A stretch of 64,000 nucleotides of DNA from Prorocentrum cordatum (taxonomy: Eukaryota), in contig CAUYUJ010000306.1 in assembly GCA_963575745.1 (NCBI GenBank), positions 1 to 64,000 of the forward strand. The letters run 5' to 3'. The notes beneath the pieces were generated by a model, which saw only the letters and a list, made by a program, of their open reading frames with translations, did not search any database and was not told where the DNA came from. The translations under genes were made by a program, and so were the position numbers. This document shows, in pieces, positions 54,702 to 64,000 of this stretch. Position 1 is the first letter of the stretch. The number at the start of each line of letters is the position of its first letter.

Positions 54702-54825
54702 CCAGCACCAGCATCCTCATCACCACCAGCATCATCACCATCACCATCATCACTCCTCTCCTCCTTCGCTGCCTCACCCATCGTCCTCCTCCTCCTCACC
54801 GTCCGCCTCCACCTCAGCTGCGGTC

Positions 54826-54948
54826 CTGCAGCGTCAGCTGGTGGACCTGCCGGAACAGGGCGGGCGGGACCAGCAGGCTCAGGTTCTTCCAGAACATGAG
54901 CCAGCTCGCGGTGTGGACGCCCAGGTGGGGAGTGTTCAGAGTCAGTAT
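54826..54948 (-). CDS. Probable single host exon of a DUF676/FAM135-like alpha/beta hydrolase
   Basis: 123 nt between a CAG acceptor and a GA donor, encoding ILTLNTPHLGVHTASWLMFWKNLSLLVPPALFRQVHQLTLQ; TLxTPHLG is typical of DUF676-type esterases. Confidence 0.5.
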
Positions 54949-55244
54949 CTGACCTTGGAAGCATGCCGCCGACGAGAGGGAGAGGAAAAAGAGGAGAAGG
55001 AGGAAGAGAAAGACGAGGAGGAGGAGGAGAAGGAGGAGGAGGAAGAAAGAAAGAAACACTCCGTGGGGGCCAAGTTCGTCTATAAAACTAGACATTCAGA
55101 GGCCCAGAGACTATCCTCATATTGAGGATCCAAAACGCCTGGGGACGCTGGCCCCAAGGCTGCACCGAAACCTGGTGCACCGCCCGAGGCACTAAACCCG
55201 AGCACGAGTTACCCGAGTCTAGGCCAGCGGACTCCACTGCACAA

Positions 55245-56642
55245 CTACTCTCTACGTACCATTGCCAAGACATGCCTGCTCCTACTTAGCGCTTGCCAGC
55301 GTGCGGTGCCTTCCTCTACTCCTAAAGCCTTCAGATATCGTGCTACCTCCACTCCTCCTTCAGGTTCATCCCCTCCATGTCTCATCACATATCTACGCAC
55401 CTCCGTGCTCTCCGAGATCGATGCGTCTCTGTTCATATTTTCCAAAAAGGGTGGGTTCGAAACACTCCTCATTGGCATCTGTGATCCCCTCGACCCCGAA
55501 GACACCCTCGAAGGCGAAACCCTCTTCCCTGGCATCTGTGATCCCGACGTCCCCGAAGAAACCGTCCTCATTGGCATCTGTGATCCCGTGGACCCCGATG
55601 AAACTCTCCAAGGCGAAACCCTCCTCATTGGCATCTGTGATCCCCTCGGCCCAGATGAATTCCCCATCGTCGAAACTCTCCTCATTGGCATCTGTGATCC
55701 CGTGGACCCCGAAGACACCCTCCAAGGCGAAGCCGTTCTCCTTGGCATCTGAGATCCCGAGCGGCCCCGAGCTTCTCTGACACTCTCCCCCGTCGGGCTC
55801 CTCTCCGTGTCCGATTGCACTGCCTGCGGCTGGCGCTCGTGCACAGTCGGTCGGGGACTGTGGGGCGGCTCAGTCGCTGACGTTCTTCCCGCCTGTGATG
55901 TGGTCATCCTCGAATCTCCCTCCGCCGTCACAAGACTTGTGTCAATCTCAGGCATACTCGATTCGAGATGATCCGAAAGTGTAGTGGTCTGCCGTGCATG
56001 CTCGGCTACTGCAGAAAGACCTCCAGCCACTCCTGCAACTCTCTTCGCCGGCGCTCTGCCCGATTTCAGCTCCGCGCCCAGCTGCTGGAGGGCGCTGATC
56101 ACCTCCTTGCGGCCCTCCTGGAGGCACAGCGTGATCCTGCGCTTGCCCTGGTCGTAGCACCTGTCTACTTTGGTGAAGCGGATGATGTCCATCTTTCCTT
56201 CGTAGTCTAGTGTCTGGAGCCGAGCCTTGAACTCGGTCAGCTTCTCGAAGTTCACTTTGCCGATGCTCTGTTGGCGCAGCAGTAGCGCCTCCAATAGACC
56301 CCCGAACACGAACAGGTGGGGGGCGCCGAGCCCGTGGCCCTTGCCCTTTGCCTGGACCTGGGTGTTGTAGGCCGAGCCCTGCTCCTGCATCTTCAGCACC
56401 TCGGGGAGCTCGGCTGGTACGATCAGCACGTCGAACAGCACCCCCTCGATGTTCCGACGGCTCTGGGCGAGCGATAGCAGCATTTTCATCATCAGCACGT
56501 ACAGCCCTTTGTTGTGGCCATTGACGCCTGCGGTGGTCTTCTGCGCCTTCTGGTCGCCATTCCCCTCGTCGCGGCGCCTGACCGCTCGCTGGAACTCGGG
56601 CTCCTTCTTGCTGTCGGTGCCGCTCGCCAGCACCAGTGCCAT
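55245..56642 (-). CDS. Second LINE-associated ORF overlapping the 3' end of pol (unknown function, possibly frameshifted near 56045)
   Basis: ATG at 56642; ~200 aa of globular-looking sequence (LMMKMLLSLAQSRRNIEGVLFDVLIVP...KGKGHGLGAPHLFVFGGLLEAL...GRAP), then a repeat-derived tail. Confidence 0.55.
   Translation of the reverse strand: MALVLASGTDSKKEPEFQRAVRRRDEGNGDQKAQKTTAGVNGHNKGLYVLMMKMLLSLAQSRRNIEGVLFDVLIVPAELPEVLKMQEQGSAYNTQVQAKGKGHGLGAPHLFVFGGLLEALLLRQQSIGKVNFEKLTEFKARLQTLDYEGKMDIIRFTKVDRCYDQGKRRITLCLQEGRKEVISALQQLGAELKSGRAPAKRVAGVAGGLSAVAEHARQTTTLSDHLESSMPEIDTSLVTAEGDSRMTTSQAGRTSATEPPHSPRPTVHERQPQAVQSDTERSPTGESVREARGRSGSQMPRRTASPWRVSSGSTGSQMPMRRVSTMGNSSGPRGSQMPMRRVSPWRVSSGSTGSQMPMRTVSSGTSGSQMPGKRVSPSRVSSGSRGSQMPMRSVSNPPFLENMNRDASISESTEVRRYVMRHGGDEPEGGVEVARYLKALGVEEGTARWQALSRSRHVLAMVRRE
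55458..55760. repeat. Six-copy 42-60-bp tandem repeat in the LINE 3' region
   Basis: tggcatctgWgatccc occurs six times with spacings that are multiples of 3 (GSQMPMRRVS in the - frame). Confidence 0.85.
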
Positions 56643-59600
56643 GGCTGGGAACGCCCGCTCGTTCGGTGCGCTGCTCCCTACGCACACGAGGCTGAACCAC
56701 AAGAGGAGGTGGGGGGAGGTGATATTCCACGGCGTGATCATGGTATTCTGCGAGTGTGTCGAAGTCATGCTCACACATTGGGCACTGCAGAGATTTGGGT
56801 ATAATTAGATCCCAGTCGAAAGCAGTACGATTGAGTCTACATCTGTTGGTCAACCATGCGGTACGAACGTGTTGACGAGCACTATCTTTGGACGAGAACG
56901 CGGTACGGCACCATGGACACACGTTTGTCAAGACAGTCGAGAACAAGGGGTTCAACTTACCATGCTCGCCTCCAACGGATCTGGATTGATGCGCTAGTAG
57001 GCCTCCTCTAGACTCAAACTCCTGTAGGCACATATTCCCCTGGGAGTCCTTCAGGTTACATATATATGTCGTGGGCTCCTCATTATCCCCCTCCTGTTCG
57101 AAGGCCCTCGCAGGGCCCCTGAGCCGGCTCCGAAATCGTGCTTCCCCCTCATGCAAAATTGAGGCCTTCAAGATCTTGGGGTCAACTTTCAGCCACACCT
57201 CCCGAACTTCTTCTTCCAGGAATAGAGCCCTCCAAGAGAAATCCCATCGTTCCCAAGCCTCGAAGAAGTCCTCAGTACCGCTAATACCCGCAAACGCCCA
57301 GAAGTCTCGCTCTATCTGGAAAGCCAATGGGGGCGCACACGTGCGGAGATGCCCGTCATCATCAAGCGAGGGAGGTCTGTTTTCGAGATGCCCCCAAATC
57401 GAGGCGATCACCTGCTGGTGCGCGAGGGCGTCCCTGGCCATCTGCTGCACCCATCCGAAGCGTCTGGCCGCCTGCTCGAAGCGGATCGGTATCAGGCGCC
57501 ACCTCTGCCTAAGCGTCGAATTCGATGACGAGTGCGGGTGCTCGCCTGTCCAGTCCGTGGCTTTGCCACGCTCCAAAACACGAAGGTACTTAGTTATAAT
57601 CCCGTCCAGCTGCTGGGTCTGGGCCCTCGGGAACACGAAGGGTTCGTTCGCTGATAAGGCTGCTTCCACCACGTGGCCCCTAAAGGCCAGTATCTTCAGG
57701 GACTTACTAGTACGGCTGGTCCAGAACTTACCAAGCTTCCCCCACCCAGCGTGGACGGCTGCGCAGCGATAGCGAAACTCCTCCATGCTCGATAGATTCC
57801 AGGCGTAGCGGCAGCCCAGGTATCTAGCTCTAGCTCGTGCCTTGCCCATCCTAAACTCGGCCGAGAAGTCTCGGTTCGCTTGATGACTGCGAAGGCAAGG
57901 TACGGTTTCTCGCTTATTATAGTTCTGAATAAGACCCTTTGCCCCCAATACCCCATCGAGCACGTCATCGCTGTGTTTTAGTTTCTCTTCGATCTTGGTC
58001 TGTGTCGTATCGTCGATCGGCATCTTATCGAATATATCGTCAGCGTACACGGTCGTCGCCCCACAGCACAAAGAATTATATATGCCGCACCTCAGGTGCG
58101 TGGCCGTCTCATTCACCGCCCGTTCGTCGATCCAGGATCTCATAGGGTTCTCCATTACCTTCGCGAACACCACGGGCTCCTCACTAGACCCCATAAGACC
58201 CCCTCGTTGGTGTCGAACGGCTAGGTTTCTGGGATCCTGCCAAGGCTGTGTACCCCCCGTCTCGAAGATCATCACGATTCCTGAGGTCTGGGATCTGGAA
58301 TGCATCAACGCTGCGTCGGGAGGGGTGAAGAGCTCATTGATCGCCTCCGTCCTCGCACGCGCCGTCGTGGAGGCAAAGGCATTCGACATATCATGCAAGT
58401 GATTCAAGTGTGCAATGCGATGGATGCGATAGAAATGGCCCATGCACATCTGCACTGCGATCGCGTCCTCTCTCCTACGTCGGGGCAGGAAACCATGAAA
58501 CTCCGCCGGCCAGTGGACCCCTTTTTTGTACAAGTTGTGCTTCAACAGTCCCCCGTAGAAGCATTTCCAGTATGGACACATCACATTAATCAGACGTTTA
58601 CCCAGCGTCCCCACCTTTCCGTTGTGCTTCGCGATCGATACCCCCCATGCCAGATTCCCCAGTATGGGTGTACGCTTCATTCTCCTACATAAAATATGAA
58701 GATCCTCGAGGAGTCGAGCTGAGGTCGTGGATTCCGTCTGTGCTATTGGGGTAGCTCCAAGCCCTAAGTACTCCTGAGGTCCCACTGAGAGGTACTTGGG
58801 GTCTGCGGCCATCAGGTGCAGTTCCAGCGGGAGGCTCCACGGGGGGGCAGCTCGTCGTTTGGCACTTCGTCGAAGGCGTCGTACTGTGGCCTGAAAATCC
58901 TGTCGCCCCTGGAGCTCGGTTCGCTCGAGTTCTTCATCATCCGTTGAAACCGCTGGCGATTGCGTACTAAAAAAACTAATCAGTCTCTCAACATCTAATT
59001 CAACTGCGTCCATCCCACCGCCAACTGCTGGTAGGCTCAGCTGTGTCTGCCATTCATTTCTGCTCTCAAATGTCGATGGTAAATTATACTTTCGTTTCCG
59101 AGGTCCCCCGTGCTGTGCTGCGAGTAGAAATATCAGTCGATGTACATCAGCGTGCTTATGTTTATTATGTGCATCTGCAATCTCTGCCTCCAATCTTCTT
59201 CGTGACTCATGCCAAGCTTGTCGACTCTCTTGTCGTAGTATCTTTTTTATCTCTCTCAGCTCCTCCTTGATCGCGTCGGCCTTTGCTTCCAAATCCTCCA
59301 ATAGAATCCTCGTAGGCGAAACACTCCTCATTGGCATCTGTGATCCTGCAGCAGTCCCGTCATCTCCATCTGTCGTCACTCCGCTTGTGTCAATCTCACA
59401 TACTCGATTCAAATGATCCGAATCTGTAGTGGTGTGCTGCCGTGCCGTCCATCGTCGTATTCCCTGCTCTTCACCCACCCCACGTAGTTCAACTCGAAGT
59501 TCACTCCGTGCTTTGACCAGCTCCAGTCGTCGTGATCTCAGTGCCGATACTGCTGGGTCGGCCTCCTTTTTCTTCTGGGCGAAGTGCTCGAGTCCTGTCT

Positions 59601-60693
59601 TGCGAACAACCTCCATCCATCCCTGCCATGCTCGGTCCAGCTCACCCCTTTGTAGACGTCGTTGCATTTCGTCTTCGTGCTCCTGCATGGCCTTCTCTAG
59701 GTCCTCCATGAACTCCGGCCTTTCCACTCCGCGCTGGACCGCTGCCGACAGTTTGTGTCGATCCCACCGTTCATCTCTGGCCGCCGCTGTTTCGTACTGT
59801 TTCCTAATGGTCATCTGCAGCAAGATCGGGACGTGGTCTCTCGGGTTCTGGGACGGGATCAACTGTAGGCGCTTTGCAGGGTTCCATAGTACCTTACATG
59901 CTGATACTTGGTCTCTGAGCCCCTGTGGTATGAAAATGTGGTCGATGGTGGACGTGTGGCCACTGTGTGAATAGTATGTCGGCCCCCCCCGTCTATCCGA
60001 GGTAACAGCATCAAACATCTCCAGAGGGGCCAACAATTCATCCTGGATCAGGTTGCCGATCACGTTCTGCTCCCCCATGTTGTACGGGCCCGCTAAGGGC
60101 CGCTCCTGTTCCCACCAAGACGCCGATACCGAAGGCGAGAATGTTCTTGAGCCCCCTCTGAGGCCCATCTGGGTATTGAAGTCCCCCGCGACGATTGGAG
60201 TGGACCTGTTGGGTGCTCTCTGAACCTGCTGGATTCCCCATCTGATGATCTGTGTGGACCCCTTCTCCAGGGCCTTCCGCTTCTTCGCCGAGGCGTCCCC
60301 GATGGGTGGGACGTATATCAGCACAATGCTCAGGTCGATGCTACGATTCCGAAGACGAACCGCCAGGCCTCTACCTTGTGCAGCCTCTGGGGGGGTGTCG
60401 ATGCTCCTGATGTGTTTGTCCCTGAACATGTTTCCCACCAGCATTGTACATCCCGCCGATCTGTTCGAGAAGGGTCCTGAACTCCATCCTGCATTCAACG
60501 CGAAAGCCCCCCCTCCCAGTTGCATCCGTGTCACCGCATGGCCCTGTTGGGCCCTCATCCGCGTCCCAGGAAGGAGTACAATGTCTGCTCGTACCGATCT
60601 CCATATATCCACCAGTCTCTGCGGTTCCAATACTGAGAGTGGATTGTACAGCACAATCCGAAGCTGTGCCAGCTGTCTCGCCGCCGCCGCCAT
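55948..60693 (-). CDS. Non-LTR retrotransposon (LINE) polyprotein: APE endonuclease, reverse transcriptase and three C-terminal zinc fingers
   Basis: APE motifs YNPLS, IYVP, IVAGDFN, PTYY..TIDHIF and DHVPI; RT motifs FHGF..RR, DMSNAF, YADD and RYLG; CxxC/H fingers (YICN..C..H..H, CPWC..H..C, CPMC..H..H); uninterrupted 1581 aa from the ATG at 60693. Confidence 0.93.
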   Translation of the reverse strand: MAAAARQLAQLRIVLYNPLSVLEPQRLVDIWRSVRADIVLLPGTRMRAQQGHAVTRMQLGGGAFALNAGWSSGPFSNRSAGCTMLVGNMFRDKHIRSIDTPPEAAQGRGLAVRLRNRSIDLSIVLIYVPPIGDASAKKRKALEKGSTQIIRWGIQQVQRAPNRSTPIVAGDFNTQMGLRGGSRTFSPSVSASWWEQERPLAGPYNMGEQNVIGNLIQDELLAPLEMFDAVTSDRRGGPTYYSHSGHTSTIDHIFIPQGLRDQVSACKVLWNPAKRLQLIPSQNPRDHVPILLQMTIRKQYETAAARDERWDRHKLSAAVQRGVERPEFMEDLEKAMQEHEDEMQRRLQRGELDRAWQGWMEVVRKTGLEHFAQKKKEADPAVSALRSRRLELVKARSELRVELRGVGEEQGIRRWTARQHTTTDSDHLNRVCEIDTSGVTTDGDDGTAAGSQMPMRSVSPTRILLEDLEAKADAIKEELREIKKILRQESRQAWHESRRRLEAEIADAHNKHKHADVHRLIFLLAAQHGGPRKRKYNLPSTFESRNEWQTQLSLPAVGGGMDAVELDVERLISFFSTQSPAVSTDDEELERTELQGRQDFQATVRRLRRSAKRRAAPPWSLPLELHLMAADPKYLSVGPQEYLGLGATPIAQTESTTSARLLEDLHILCRRMKRTPILGNLAWGVSIAKHNGKVGTLGKRLINVMCPYWKCFYGGLLKHNLYKKGVHWPAEFHGFLPRRRREDAIAVQMCMGHFYRIHRIAHLNHLHDMSNAFASTTARARTEAINELFTPPDAALMHSRSQTSGIVMIFETGGTQPWQDPRNLAVRHQRGGLMGSSEEPVVFAKVMENPMRSWIDERAVNETATHLRCGIYNSLCCGATTVYADDIFDKMPIDDTTQTKIEEKLKHSDDVLDGVLGAKGLIQNYNKRETVPCLRSHQANRDFSAEFRMGKARARARYLGCRYAWNLSSMEEFRYRCAAVHAGWGKLGKFWTSRTSKSLKILAFRGHVVEAALSANEPFVFPRAQTQQLDGIITKYLRVLERGKATDWTGEHPHSSSNSTLRQRWRLIPIRFEQAARRFGWVQQMARDALAHQQVIASIWGHLENRPPSLDDDGHLRTCAPPLAFQIERDFWAFAGISGTEDFFEAWERWDFSWRALFLEEEVREVWLKVDPKILKASILHEGEARFRSRLRGPARAFEQEGDNEEPTTYICNLKDSQGNMCLQEFESRGGLLAHQSRSVGGEHGKLNPLFSTVLTNVCPWCRTAFSSKDSARQHVRTAWLTNRCRLNRTAFDWDLIIPKSLQCPMCEHDFDTLAEYHDHAVEYHLPPPPLVVQPRVRREQRTERAGVPSHGTGAGERHRQQEGARVPASGQAPRRGEWRPEGAEDHRRRQWPQQRAVRADDENAAIARPEPSEHRGGAVRRADRTSRAPRGAEDAGAGLGLQHPGPGKGQGPRARRPPPVRVRGSIGGATAAPTEHRQSELREADRVQGSAPDTRLRRKDGHHPLHQSRQVLRPGQAQDHAVPPGGPQGGDQRPPAAGRGAEIGQSAGEESCRSGWRSFCSSRACTADHYTFGSSRIEYA

Positions 60694-61754
60694 CCGCCGG
60701 CCTAGCGGGCGCACATCGCGCCCAGGCTCGCGTCCGCCAGGCGTGCTGATCCTGGCGGGTGGTGTGCCAGGGAGGAGGTAAAAGGTACGAAAGAGAGTGG
60801 AGGCTGCGCTGGTGCAGGGATTCCCTCGAGCAGCTAAGGAGGAGGAGGAGGAGGAGGGAGGAGGAAAGGAGGAGGAGGAGGAGGAGGAGGAGGAGGAGGA
60901 GAGAAGGAGGAGGAAGGGGAGAAGGAGCAGGAGGAGAAGGACATGCAGGATCTACAGGAGAGGAATGAGGAGAAGGAAGAAGAGGAGGAATGAGGACGTG
61001 GATGAAAGAGGAGAATATATAAGGAGACAGGAGAAAGGAGAAGCAGCAGCAGGAAAGCAGGAAAAAAGAGGAAAACAAAAGGGAGGAGCAGGACGTTGAG
61101 GACGAGTGGAATGAGGGAGGGGATGCATGAGGAGCAGAAGGAGGACGCGAGAGGGGGAGGCGGAGAGAGCAGAGATGAGGGAGAGGGGGATGAGAATCCA
61201 CGACAGCGAGAATGGTGAAGAGTAGGAAGAGGAGGTGGAGGCGGAGGAGTGCTCAGGGAGGGCATCTGACCTCGCAGGCCGTGGTGAAGGACACTCGTAA
61301 GAAGGCCCCGTGAAGTTTCAGAGACGGTGGTCCTCTGGAACCCCGCGTGGGAGCGCCCCGAAGATGTCCTCCGAATCGTCATTCTTCTCCTCACTCTCCT
61401 CCAAAACGTGCTCGAGGCGTCCTCTTCCTGCCACTTCCATTCCTCTCTCACGGCCTCCTCTCGCAACTCCTCCTCCTCCTCCTCAGAAAGCGGTGGGGCT
61501 TCTCGGAAGCCCCCTGGGCCTTCTGAGAAGGCTTCTGTGCCTTTGGGGAAGGTCGGAAAACGTCCTCTGAGAAGGCCCGCCCCCTCCGACTTCCCCCCGG
61601 GCTGGCCGCCGAGAGAGAGAGAGAGAGAGTCCAGGGGGGGGCCATCGAAGGGACGTTGGCCGACCCCCGAGACGGGCTCCGTCCCCGCGTCGAGAACCGC
61701 GAGAGGCCACCCCTTCAAAGAAGTCGTCTTCGGAGTCGGCCTCGGCCGTCGTCT

Positions 61755-62430
61755 TCAGGGGGCCACATGCGAACCCTACCCCTACCCCGCACGACTTCTG
61801 AGGGGGAGGGTGGGGTTCACCTCGCTCGGGAGCTCCCGAAGGAAGTGAACCCCGCCCTCCCCCGCAGAAATTGTGTCTGTGTGCTTTTTCCCCTCCTGAT
61901 AGGGGTAGGGTTCGCATGTGGTCCCCTAGTCTTGGCGGTCCTGCCGAGGGCTCGGGCTCGCACCTCTCTCTCAGGACCGCAGCACTTGGCACGGGTGCGT
62001 GTGGGCCCCGAGATCCGACGTCGTGACTTTTGCCATGCGCGGTCCCTGGAAGTCTCGACCCCTTTCCCAAGATAGGGGGGCCACATGCGAACACTACCCC
62101 TACACCCCTCAGAAATCGTGGGGGGTAGGGGTAGGGTTCGCCTGTGGCCCCCTCGCCTCGGCGGTCCTGCCGAGGGCTCGGGCTCGCACCTCTCTCACAG
62201 GACCGCAGCACTTGGCACAAGGTGCGCGTGGGCCCAAAGATCCGACGTCGTGACTTTTGCCATGCGCGGTCCCTGCAAGTCTCGGCCCCTCTCCCAAGAC
62301 CGGGAGCTTCATTCTGAGTCGTGTTTTGACGTGAATTTTGATCCGACGTCGTGAGTTTTGCCATACGCGGCCCCTGGAAGTCTCGGCCCCTTTCCCAAGA
62401 CCGGCTCTTCCTTCTGAGTCGTGTTCTGAC
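61755..62430. repeat. Diverged tandem/palindromic repeats
   Basis: atccgacgtcgtga(c/g)ttttgccat(g/a)cgcgg three times (~62014, ~62240, ~62341); hairpin ggggccacatgcgaac.../...gttcgcctgtggcccc at ~62077-62151. Confidence 0.7.
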
Positions 62431-62439
62431 GGGCCCGCC

Positions 62440-62660
62440 CGGCCTCGTTCTGAGGCGGCGCCCCCCTTTTGCCTCCCCCATCTCTGGGTAATTCAAGCTT
62501 CGCGCGGCCCGCTCAGCTTCGACCAGAAGAGGTGCGCTCTCGACCCGCGAATCAAAAAATCGTGTCCTGACGGGCCCGGGGCCCAGGGAGAGCCCCTGGA
62601 GGCCGAGAACTGCGAGAAGCCCGAGTCTCGTTTTTTCCATGCGCTGGATCTCCGGAGGGG
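62440..62660 (+). mobile_element. Partial end of the TIR family seen at 4617-6902
   Basis: aattcaagcttcgcgcggcccgctcagcttcgaccagaagaggtgcgctctcgacccgcgaatcaaaaaa matches 4700-4769; downstream tttttt...gcgctggat is also shared. Confidence 0.7.
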
Positions 62661-63061
62661 AGGAGGGTGGGGAGGGCCGGCCGCCCAGGAAGGGCTCGGG
62701 GGGGGGGGGGGCCTCTCGGAAGGCCCCCTGGAGGGCCTCCAGGGAGCGGAGGGCACCCAGGAAGCCCCCCTGAGCTTACAGGTCGGCCGTGTCCTCTCAC
62801 AGGCAGATCTTCGCCTTCTCGGAAGGCCAACCCTCGCTCGCGCCGCCCCGTCCCGCGCGCCGGCGAGCCGCGACGCACAGTGCGTCGCGCCGCGCCCGCC
62901 TGCGGGACGCCTGCGGGCAGCTGGGGAGGAGACTCCAGGAGGAGGAGGAGGAGGAGGAGGAGGAGCAGGAGCAGGAGCAGGAGCAGGAGGAGGAGGGGGA
63001 GGAGGAGGAGGAGGAGGAGGAGGAGGAGGAGGAGGAGGAGGAGGAGGAGGAGAGGAGCAGG

Positions 63062-63097
<36 letters not shown>

Positions 63098-63464
63098 AGG
63101 AGGAGGAGGAGGAACAGGAGGAAGAAAAGCAGGAGGAGGCCCCGTGCCCTGCACATCGGCCGCTGGAGGGCGAGCTGCGGTCTCCTCCCAGAGGGCACGG
63201 CGGGCCGCGGGCCCGGCGGGGGAGGACGCGGCGAGGCCGAGGGCCGCCCTGCCCGGCGGGCGGGGCCCCCGCCGGTCGGAAGTCGGCGCAGGGTCCGCCT
63301 GCTGAAATCGCAGATGCGCCCCGGCCCCGGTCCTTAGCCCCGGCCCCGGCCCCCGCCGCGGCCCCGGCCCCGAGCCCCAAGAGAGCCCAAGAGGCTCCCA
63401 ATAGAGAGCCGCAAGAGGGGCTCCAGAGCGTCAGCGTCGCCGTCGCTGCTGCTGCCGCCGCCGC

Positions 63465-63503
<39 letters not shown>

Positions 63504-63789
63504 CGCCGTCCCCCTGCAGGCTGAGGGTCAGCGGCACCGGCTGAGAGGCCTTCCCAATCGCAGATGCGCGCGGGAATACAAGTTCTCCACGTCGGCAGCG
63601 TTCGGAGCAGCGAGAGCGGGGAGCACCAGGGGGCTTGGGGCACCTCTGGGGCCCCGAGCCTGGCCAAGCTCGGCGCGCTCCCCCGAAGCGTCGACCCCAC
63701 CATCCCCAAGATGCTGGAGCTCGGCCGATACCTCCGCCAGCGGATGGGCGAAAGTGAAGAAGAACAGATGAGAAATCAAGACGACAGAG

Positions 63790-63837
<48 letters not shown>

Positions 63838-64000
63838 GCGGCAGCGGCAGCGGCAGCAGCAGCGGCAGCAGCGGCACCAGCAGCAGCGACAGCACCCCCC
63901 GCACGTCCAGCACGTCCTGGGACCGTCGGCACGGGCGCGCTTCCGGGAGCGGAGGCACGCAGGAGACGCTCATGCACCACCGCTGCGCCTACAGGGCAGT

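Noticed and set aside
55458..55760. CRISPR-like short repeat with variable spacers
   Set aside because: The spacers are related to one another and in frame; this is an ordinary tandem expansion in the LINE 3' region.
55050..61320. TSD and exact ends of the LINE
   Set aside because: No convincing duplicated flank, SL or tail was found by eye, so only the ORFs are annotated.

Overview
GC-rich, repeat-dominated eukaryotic DNA, almost certainly from a dinoflagellate. Evidence: a perfect 22-nt DinoSL spliced leader at 52741-52762 (-), TTTAGGG-type telomeric repeats, and candidate GA-AG introns. Most long ORFs in the track are artefacts of (CAT)n/(CCT)n microsatellites or of 10-90 bp tandem repeats. 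The most striking structure is a ~16-kb interstitial cluster (33982-49938) of six non-coding modules from four sequence families (A, B, B, C, D, C), arranged head-to-tail. Each module is bounded by near-perfect (CCCTAAA)n tracts. Across otherwise dissimilar families, the modules share a 3' structured region (telomere-repeat dimer, GGGGYGGGA motif, long G-U-containing hairpin) and an internal telomere-like motif near the 5' end. The cluster lies inside a small TIR-bounded host element whose own CCCTAA repeats are degenerate. I interpret it as a candidate telomere-repeat-targeting, non-autonomous mobile element system; the mobilising enzyme is not identified in the window. Other content: (1) an SL-capped, TSD-flanked 1.6-kb retroposon encoding an RxxxxH-motif/Hsp70-lid chimera; (2) an intact APE-RT-zinc-finger LINE ORF with a second, overlapping ORF downstream of pol; (3) a Pif1/Helitron-type helicase C-terminal remnant; (4) minisatellite-carrying elements with a shared terminal hairpin; (5) MITE-like palindromes; (6) one probable host exon (DUF676-like).
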